Assembly: GCA_046861655.1 (NCBI GenBank)
Contig: JBHIAI010000009.1
Coordinates: 1-28,847, forward strand
DNA from: Fidelibacterota bacterium
Lineage (GTDB): Bacteria; Fidelibacterota; Marinisomatia; Marinisomatales; S15-B10
Length of the DNA: 28,847 nucleotides
Reading direction: 5' to 3'
Positions 9,556-16,351 of the stretch are shown here, piece by piece. The stretch's first letter is position 1, and each line of letters begins with the position of its first letter. Under the pieces are notes generated by a model. The model did not search any database, was not told where the DNA came from, and worked only from the letters and a program-made list of their open reading frames with translations. The translations under genes were made by a program, and so were the position numbers.

Positions 9556-10587
9556 ATGCTCATCGCCCGGCTGATTAAGTCCGACACTGACCTTTACCGG
9601 AGGATCCGGGAAAGGATAGGTCTTATGGATTCTGTTTTCCTGCTGCGACCCTCTCTCATGTTCCCGGTATGGATCATGATCGTGGCGGGCATGGGTTCCG
9701 CCAGGTCTCAGATAATACCTGAGCTCTACTGGGTCAAACAAGTACACTGGGAAACCGTCGTCTTTTTCGTGGGCCTGACCCTGATGGCCGGGAGCACATT
9801 CCTCCGGTTTCAGGTCAAAAACCACTCGGCAGACAGGCTCAACAGGACTGTCACCGCTCTGGGGAATCGGGACATGAATGCCGCGGATGTCAGGGCGTTA
9901 GCGCTATGGCTTATGGCAGGGGGTCTTGCGCTGACCGCCGGTGTATCCATCCACGGCCTGGTGGCGACAGGGGAATGGGCATCTTCAATGTCAACGCTGT
10001 GGGCCATCCTCACAACCCTCACATGGCTCGTGTTCCATGCCGGGGACCGCTTTCAGTGGTTTGCCAGACCGGTTCTCGGGGTCGTGACCTACATCCTCAC
10101 TGGACTTTTCCTTTTTATGGTAGGGTGGACCTACGGGTCAGGCCCATTCGGCAGTGGGCTCGTTTATGCTGTACCTTATGTCCTGTTGTTCGTCGCCATT
10201 TCCATCCTAACAGCCGTTCCCGATCGGGAGGGCGACAGGGGGGCGGGAAAGAAAACGTTTGCTCTTCGTTTCGGAGTGGGCGCCACCGTGGCCCTCTCCA
10301 CCGCGTTTGTTGGGGCTGCCGCGGTGTTGGGGTATCTCCTTAACGATCCAGTGATCAGCACGGGATCAACGATCGCCCTTCCTTTTTTCCTGGTGGCCCT
10401 GGTCTTTTCCCGGATGGACCACGTGGTTAGAGCCATTCGCTATCCCGTTCTGATCCTAGCCATTTTTGTGTCGGTAAAGTATCCCTGGCTCTTCGTTGCC
10501 CTGGTCGTTGTCTATTTCGGGTCCAAGGTATACTACTATTTCCGGTTCAACATCGACTACCCCACGTTTCACGTCAGCCAGGAGTAG
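9556..10587 (+). CDS. UbiA-family membrane prenyltransferase-like protein
   Basis: LLRP N-terminal motif, second acidic motif PDREGDRGAGKKTFALRFG, multiple TM segments; first Asp-rich motif degenerate. Confidence 0.78.
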   Translation: MLIARLIKSDTDLYRRIRERIGLMDSVFLLRPSLMFPVWIMIVAGMGSARSQIIPELYWVKQVHWETVVFFVGLTLMAGSTFLRFQVKNHSADRLNRTVTALGNRDMNAADVRALALWLMAGGLALTAGVSIHGLVATGEWASSMSTLWAILTTLTWLVFHAGDRFQWFARPVLGVVTYILTGLFLFMVGWTYGSGPFGSGLVYAVPYVLLFVAISILTAVPDREGDRGAGKKTFALRFGVGATVALSTAFVGAAAVLGYLLNDPVISTGSTIALPFFLVALVFSRMDHVVRAIRYPVLILAIFVSVKYPWLFVALVVVYFGSKVYYYFRFNIDYPTFHVSQE

Positions 10588-10625
10588 TTTGTGGGAGGCA
10601 GGAGGCAGGGGCAGTTGGCAGGGGG

Positions 10626-10641
10626 TCCCGCCGGGGCGGGA
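10626..10641. repeat. REP-like palindrome TCCCGCC-GG-GGCGGGA
   Basis: 7-bp arms; same arms as the palindrome at 10826-10843. Confidence 0.7.
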
Positions 10642-10724
10642 TCTCCGCTTCGCTCCGACAGGGGGTAGGAAGATGAGGAAGTTCGTTTGGCCTTTTATCG
10701 TCTAGCGCATTACGAATTGGCACC

Positions 10725-10829
10725 CATTTCAAAATGCAAATTGAAAAGTGAAAAATGCGAACGTGAAAAGACTTATTCCACCGCATAATTCTGCACCCTG
10801 AACTTTGCATTTCCCATTTTTCATTGTCC
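10725..10829 (+). repeat. 105-bp dispersed intergenic repeat, copy 1
   Basis: Ends match reverse complement of 28022-28126: CATTTCAAAATGCAAATTGAAAA vs CATCTCAAAACGCAAATTGAAAA (21/23) and ACTTTGCATTTCCCATTTTTCATTGTCC vs ACTTTGCATTTTCCATCTTTCATTGTCC (26/28). Confidence 0.85.
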
Positions 10830-10843
10830 CGCCATGGCGGGAC
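10826..10843. repeat. Perfect 18-bp palindrome GTCCCGCCATGGCGGGAC (REP-like)
   Basis: Equals its own reverse complement; abuts the 105-bp repeat. Confidence 0.8.
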
Positions 10844-10870
10844 GACGAATTACGCATTACGGATTCCCCA

Positions 10871-10891
10871 TTGACAGGGAACGAGTGTCAA
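10871..10891. promoter_or_regulatory. Inverted repeat TTGACA-N9-TGTCAA upstream of dinG (possible operator overlapping a -35)
   Basis: ttgaca gggaacgag tgtcaa, ending 28 nt before the ATG at 10920. Confidence 0.4.
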
Positions 10892-10919
10892 GTATCCGGT
10901 ATCCAGAAACCGATGACAT

Positions 10920-13739
10920 ATGGAACGCGGTGAGCTTTTAACGCACGTCGGTCTCGACGTCTTTGTGGCCTTCGATTTCGAGACCACAGGATTCGATGCT
11001 GCCCGGGATGGCATCATCGAATTCTCCGCCGTTCGTTTCCGCGGCGGCCTGGTTGAGGACAGCTTCAGCACGCTGGTAAATCCAGGGTTTTCTATTCCGC
11101 CCCACATTGTCTCTCTTACAGGCATCACCGACGCAATGGTCAGGGAGGCTCCCCCGGAGGAGGAGATTGCCGGAAAAGCTCTGAGTTTCCTGGGAAAGGA
11201 CCCTCTTGTGGCCCACAACATCGACTTTGATCTTCGATTCCTGGGCCGTCTCCAATCGACCCATCTTGGTGATACGGTCTCTATTCCCAACGTGCTCTAC
11301 GATACCCTTGTTCTCTCTCAAGCATACCTGTATTTTCACGCTAACCATCGACTGGCCACTGTGGGGGAATACCTCGGTCATCCGAGGACTGGCGAGCACC
11401 GGGCTCTGGCCGATGCCACCCTCTGCGGGCAGATACTTGTCAGCCTGGTGGAAGAGGCGGCCAGTTATCCTCTTTCCCTAACACAACGACTGGCGTCTCT
11501 CTTCGCAAGTACGTCCGTTCCCAATGGACAACTGTTTGAGAATCTGGTGCGCCTCATGGTGAGAATGAATCTCTCCGGCCGGGGACTTGTCCCTTCGCGG
11601 ATTCAGAAACCTGTCCCCTCAAACGTTTTTGCCCACCACGGTTCCTCCGGGGAGGTTCCGGAGTCAGCGGAAGACGTTTTTGGAAACGGGGGACGGTTTT
11701 CCCGTCAGAAGGGGTTTGAAGTCAGGCCCGGTCAGATCCAGTACTCGGAATTTGTCTCCCGGATCCTCGAGAAGGGAGGGGTGGGTATTACGGAAGCGGA
11801 AACAGGTCTGGGGAAGTCGGTAGCCTATCTTCTTCCCGCTCTCCGGTGGGGAATAAGAGAGGAACAAGGTCCCACCGTAGTCAGTTGCTACACCCGTCAC
11901 CTGCAGGACCAGCTGTTCAATCAGGAGCTACCGAAACTGGTCCAGGCCCTGGATATCTCTTTTGCCGCGACGGTGCTGAAGGGGAGACAGAACTACCTGT
12001 GCAGGACTCGCCTGGACTGGCTTACGGAAGATGCAGGGAAACTGCTTTCGCCTTATGAAGTCCAGTCTCTGGCACCGATCATTGTGTGGCTGCACTGGAC
12101 ACGAACCGGTGATTTTGAAGAGTGCCCCGGGTTCCTGAACCGGAAGGCTTCCAGGGTGAAGGCGCTGATCCAGAGTGACCCGGGATTCTGCTCCAGGCAG
12201 ATGTGCGCGGGACACAAGGGTTGTTTCCTCGCACCCATCCGGGAAGCGAGCATGAGGGCCGATCTTATCGTTGGGAATCATTCCCTTCTCCTATCAGAAC
12301 TGTCCAATCCCGGAATCCTGCCCCGGTTCTCCCGGGTCATCATCGATGAAGCTCACAACCTTGTCAAAGTCGCCTACGATCATTTCAGGGTGGTCCTTCA
12401 CAGGGCGGGGATCCGGGACCGGCTGGCGTCGGCCGATCCGAAATCCAGGCGCTCATCCAGGCTGAAAACTCAGATGAATAAGGTGGGGGCGGCCCATCCC
12501 GCTGTGGCCCGTCGATTCAGCCGGGTTCAGTCCGGCGTGAGACATGTGCTCGATGCGAGCGACCGGTTCTTCCGGCACCTGGCGGTTGAAAGATCGGGGG
12601 ACTACGATCCCGGGAGGAGCTATTCTCAGAGAAAGCGCTTCCGGGATTTTGAGAGTCATTTCAAAAACCTCGTCCCGGATCTCGATTCGTTGGTGGAATT
12701 CCTGGAGGACCTCACCCATCATCTTACGGCCCTCCACCGGAAACTAAAGGAGCTGCCTGAAGGGTCGGTTGACATAGCGAGCCGCGTCACCGTGGAACGT
12801 CTCGTGGAATCGGCGACGGAGATCCTGGAGGCCGTTCAAAGCGTTGCCTTAGAGGAAAAATCCGACTGGGTATACTGGGAGGAAGGCCTGTTTTCCAATC
12901 AAGAGCTGACGGTGTCGCTGAATGGCGTCCCTGTCCATATCGGACAGAAACTGGTTGAGGTCCTCTTCAGTCCCCTGGATGCAGTGGTGGCCACCTCGGC
13001 CACCCTGAGGGTCGGAGAGAGCTTTGAGTACATAAGGTCCCGTCTGGGGTTAACGGATTTCACCGAGAAATCCATTCACGCGGGCGCATTTCCAAGTCCC
13101 TTCCACTATGAGGACCAGTGCCGGTACTTCCAGTGGGCAGGAAAGATACCTCCCGAATCACCGGATTTCCCGAATCTTCTGGCCGATGTCATCCGCCAAA
13201 TCCGGTCCGCGTGGGGAAAACGGACCCTGGTCCTCTTCACGTCCAGAGAAGCTCTGGACGGATGTCACAGGGTGCTTCAATCCCGGGGGGATGCGGGACA
13301 GATGCCCCTGTTCGTCCAGCACGCCGGGTCCTCAAGGGGATCCCTCCTCCAGGGATTCAAATCGTCACCGGGAAGCGTTCTCCTGGGAACGAGTTCGTTC
13401 TGGGAAGGGGTCGATCTGCCCAGGGAATCTCTGGAGGTACTTGTAGTGACCAAACTCCCGTTTGACGTTCCTGATGATCCTGTCATTCAGGCCTACAATG
13501 AGACCGTGGACAGGGAGGGTGGTAATTCCTTCCTCCAACATACGGTTCCCGAAGCGGCCATCCGTCTCCGACAGGGATTCGGCCGGTTAATCCGGAGTTC
13601 CCATGACGAAGGTATTTTTATCAATATGGATAACCGGGTAATGACCAGGCAGTACGGACATCATTTCCAACAGGCCATACCGGTGAAGCTGACCCCTTTC
13701 ACTTCGCCAGACCAGCTGGAAGGGAGGAGGGACGAGTAG
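10920..13739 (+). CDS. dinG: DnaQ-like 3'-5' exonuclease fused to DinG-family helicase
   Basis: DEDDh motifs FDFETTG, AHNIDFD, HRALADA; helicase motifs AETGLGKS, IIDEAH, TSATL, FWEGVD, QGFGRLIR; Cys cluster after KGRQNYLC. Confidence 0.93.
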   Translation: MERGELLTHVGLDVFVAFDFETTGFDAARDGIIEFSAVRFRGGLVEDSFSTLVNPGFSIPPHIVSLTGITDAMVREAPPEEEIAGKALSFLGKDPLVAHNIDFDLRFLGRLQSTHLGDTVSIPNVLYDTLVLSQAYLYFHANHRLATVGEYLGHPRTGEHRALADATLCGQILVSLVEEAASYPLSLTQRLASLFASTSVPNGQLFENLVRLMVRMNLSGRGLVPSRIQKPVPSNVFAHHGSSGEVPESAEDVFGNGGRFSRQKGFEVRPGQIQYSEFVSRILEKGGVGITEAETGLGKSVAYLLPALRWGIREEQGPTVVSCYTRHLQDQLFNQELPKLVQALDISFAATVLKGRQNYLCRTRLDWLTEDAGKLLSPYEVQSLAPIIVWLHWTRTGDFEECPGFLNRKASRVKALIQSDPGFCSRQMCAGHKGCFLAPIREASMRADLIVGNHSLLLSELSNPGILPRFSRVIIDEAHNLVKVAYDHFRVVLHRAGIRDRLASADPKSRRSSRLKTQMNKVGAAHPAVARRFSRVQSGVRHVLDASDRFFRHLAVERSGDYDPGRSYSQRKRFRDFESHFKNLVPDLDSLVEFLEDLTHHLTALHRKLKELPEGSVDIASRVTVERLVESATEILEAVQSVALEEKSDWVYWEEGLFSNQELTVSLNGVPVHIGQKLVEVLFSPLDAVVATSATLRVGESFEYIRSRLGLTDFTEKSIHAGAFPSPFHYEDQCRYFQWAGKIPPESPDFPNLLADVIRQIRSAWGKRTLVLFTSREALDGCHRVLQSRGDAGQMPLFVQHAGSSRGSLLQGFKSSPGSVLLGTSSFWEGVDLPRESLEVLVVTKLPFDVPDDPVIQAYNETVDREGGNSFLQHTVPEAAIRLRQGFGRLIRSSHDEGIFINMDNRVMTRQYGHHFQQAIPVKLTPFTSPDQLEGRRDE

Positions 13740-13845
13740 CAAGGATCGAGGGCTACGTGATGAACGCCCAGGCATCAGCTGGCGGACAAGAGGAAAAGAT
13801 GAGGGAACGGGGCGAGAAGCGAATCTCTGAGTACCGGAAGCGCGA

Positions 13846-13865
13846 AGGGGAGCCGAAGCTCCCCT
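13846..13865 (-). terminator. Hairpin AGGGGAGC-TTCG-GCTCCCCT, likely terminator/3' stabiliser of the cytochrome transcript
   Basis: 8-bp GC-rich stem with C(UUCG)G loop on the minus strand, 34 nt past the stop at 13900; U-tract weak. Confidence 0.65.
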
Positions 13866-13899
13866 CCAGATTAAACAGCCGCTGAATCTGTCGTCGAGG

Positions 13900-15900
13900 C
13901 TATTTGAGAACCACCATTTTCTTCTGATCCTCGAAAGCGACGTCTCCCTCCAGGACTCTGACCGTCATCCTGTAGAAATAAACGCCTGATGGTAGAGCTT
14001 CGGCATTCACAAGAATGCGGTATTCTCCAGGCGCCAGGTATCGATTCATGACGGTGGCAAGTTCCTGACCGAGAATATTGAACAGGACCACCTGCACTCT
14101 CCCTTCGGTGCTCAGTTCCAGGGGTATGGTCGTGATCGGGTTGAAGGGATTGGGATAGTTCTGCCTGAGAGAATATCCCTCGGGTATACCTCCGTCCACC
14201 CATGGAACGATCGTCAGCACTTGGTCCACATCCCACCAGATTCCGCCGGGGCCGAAATAGTACAGAAGTGTGTCCGCCAAGGCAATATCCTCGGCTTCAT
14301 CCCAGGCGGAGATGGATTGATCCGCCCCTGTACCGAAAATAGGACTTGCACCATTCTCAATCCCCCGGTGGCAACTGGCGGCGCAGGCGTTGGGCATGGC
14401 ATACTCTAACGTTTTCTGGGGCGATATGGGTTCGAACGTATGGGAGTGAATATCGTAATAGATGGCAGACTTTATCGTTTTCGGATTATGACATTTTGAG
14501 CACCGACTCTCGCCCGTTCCATCTGGGTCGTACTCATGGTTTGTATGTTCGGAAACGACAGCCGCAATGGTGTCAGCGTACGTAACGGGATCGGCGACCA
14601 TTTCTTTGGTCAGTGCCTCAAAATGACCGTGGGTGGCGTGACACGCAAGGCAGAGAGTGTTGTTATCATTCTCAGTCGCAATCACCAGTTCATTCCCCTC
14701 TGAGTCTTCCTCAACGATCTCTTCGCGTATGTGGTGTTTCACTTCATTGTGGACATCGTGGCACTCATAACATCTCACTTCGTGCCACATGAATGTAGGC
14801 TTTGAGCTTTCGTAGAAGTCAAAGTACTGCTGGTGATGTTTCTTGGAGTTCCTGATTTCGCCTTCGTGTGTGCCGTCCGGATAGTATCCCCCGCCGTCCG
14901 CATAGTAATCCCCCCACGCATCCCCGACTTCCCAGTCTTCCATGGAACCGGGTGTATCGAAATAGGGATAACTGAACGTGCCGTTGGGGACGCTGTGTCC
15001 GCGGGAGTGACAGAATCCGCACAGGTCGTTGGCTTGCTGAGTCGTTAGACTGTCCGGATTGATAATCGTGGCGCTCGCATCGGACCCGGGGTGATCACCC
15101 CCTGGACCGTGACACCGTTCGCAGCCGGTGTTGATCAGATCGAGTGTTCCATCTCCGTCGACGTCGTAGACACCGGGCCCGGTGTCTGAACTCCCGGCAT
15201 CCGGGGCGTCGGCGACCCACTCATTGTCACTGTTCTGAGAGATCGATTCGGTGAACGTAAAGTGACACCCCACACATTTCTTCTCAAATGATCGACCGGC
15301 GTCCGCCACGTCTGCAGCCGTGGAACTCGTGCCAAAAAGTGGCAGGTTATCGGAATCGTACCAGTTTTCGGGGTGGTAAGCAACGTACTCATGCGTTTTC
15401 TCATCATACTGGACCGGCGATACGTAGTGTCCTGCCGTGAAAACGCCTCCGGTGACAGGGACTTTCACGACGTACCTCTGCTTGTACAGTCCACTACCTC
15501 CATAGGTCAACTTCACGGGCATGGTGAGGTCACCGATGGTGATGGTGTATTCATCGTCTGTCTCATTGTATCCCAACACAGGGGCATTGGCACCGTAGGC
15601 TGAAAACGCCTCCGTCGTGGACAGATCGAGTCCGTCTTTGAAGTCATCCGTTCCGTTCTGGTCTGCGTCAGCGACGACGCCGTACAGGTCCACCATGGAA
15701 CTGTCTCCCGTGGGAACCGAAAACCCGTTCGCGTGCATGGAACCTCTCCATCCCGTCCGATCCACCGCTATACCTCCGTTGTGACAGACAAGACACCGTT
15801 CAGACCCAACATAGTCCTGACCGGAAACGACGGCCAGCCCGGCAAACAAAAGAAACATCGCAAGGACCGCGACATGTTTGTCCTGAATCATTTTGTTCAT
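13900..15900 (-). CDS. Multiheme c-type cytochrome (7 CxxCH + 1 CxxxCH) with signal peptide and T9SS type A C-terminal sorting domain
   Basis: CLVCH, CVGCH, CERCH, CGFCH, CYECH, CLACH, CSKCH, CAASCH; C-terminal YSLRQNYPNPFNPITTI...LPSGVYFYRM...KKMVVLK; AGGAGGG RBS 8 nt before ATG 15900 favours this start over 15942. Confidence 0.92.
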   Translation of the reverse strand: MNKMIQDKHVAVLAMFLLFAGLAVVSGQDYVGSERCLVCHNGGIAVDRTGWRGSMHANGFSVPTGDSSMVDLYGVVADADQNGTDDFKDGLDLSTTEAFSAYGANAPVLGYNETDDEYTITIGDLTMPVKLTYGGSGLYKQRYVVKVPVTGGVFTAGHYVSPVQYDEKTHEYVAYHPENWYDSDNLPLFGTSSTAADVADAGRSFEKKCVGCHFTFTESISQNSDNEWVADAPDAGSSDTGPGVYDVDGDGTLDLINTGCERCHGPGGDHPGSDASATIINPDSLTTQQANDLCGFCHSRGHSVPNGTFSYPYFDTPGSMEDWEVGDAWGDYYADGGGYYPDGTHEGEIRNSKKHHQQYFDFYESSKPTFMWHEVRCYECHDVHNEVKHHIREEIVEEDSEGNELVIATENDNNTLCLACHATHGHFEALTKEMVADPVTYADTIAAVVSEHTNHEYDPDGTGESRCSKCHNPKTIKSAIYYDIHSHTFEPISPQKTLEYAMPNACAASCHRGIENGASPIFGTGADQSISAWDEAEDIALADTLLYYFGPGGIWWDVDQVLTIVPWVDGGIPEGYSLRQNYPNPFNPITTIPLELSTEGRVQVVLFNILGQELATVMNRYLAPGEYRILVNAEALPSGVYFYRMTVRVLEGDVAFEDQKKMVVLK

Positions 15901-15996
15901 TCTGTTGTCCCTCCTGAAGAATACGTTACCGGGGCTACGCACCTGTCTCTCCTTTTATCTCCCGACAAGTACAGGATAAACATCTCTCCATATCCT

Positions 15997-16025
15997 AATA
16001 TATATCTTCTGTCTGGGTCATGCAA
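15997..16025 (-). promoter_or_regulatory. Putative sigma70-type promoter for the cytochrome gene (TTGCAT-17 nt-TATATT)
   Basis: Minus strand ttgcat gacccagacagaagata tatatt, about 95 nt upstream of ATG 15900. Confidence 0.55.
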
Positions 16026-16351
16026 TAGAAATAACGTAGTGGGCACGGAACGGCATCCGCTCTTGACGTTGCCTTTCCATGAAAGTCGAGCGTAATCCCC
16101 GCTTCAGAGCCAGTTTTCATGGTTTCACCCTCCGGGTGATCAACGCTCATCAGCTATGAATCAACATTGTTCAACGAAATATAGTATGTTGTGCCTAGAA
16201 TGAACAGTATTTTTCAGGCTTCGTATTGGGAACGCAGGAAAAAGGGGTGCAGAACCGGAGGAATGGAAAAGTTTAGGAGGATCCACCATCCACGAAAGGG
16301 GAATAGCGCTTGTCTGGCAGGAAAGGGGTATTCTAAATTCCACCTGACTCC

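Noticed and set aside
10871..10891. CIRCE (HrcA) element
   Set aside because: Only the right half GAGTGTCAA resembles CIRCE; left half and spacing do not fit TTAGCACTC-N9-GAGTGCTAA
10588..10919. Possible CRISPR array or tRNA in the repeat-rich intergenic region
   Set aside because: No identical 23-47 bp repeats with unique spacers, no cloverleaf, no cas genes
15901..15942. Upstream GTG start for the cytochrome given by the ORF track
   Set aside because: The strong AGGAGGG RBS lies inside this extension, in front of ATG 15900, which yields a normal signal peptide
13740..16351. Cytochrome locus as a mobile island
   Set aside because: No integrase, transposase, tRNA or flanking direct repeats seen, and no obvious compositional shift by eye
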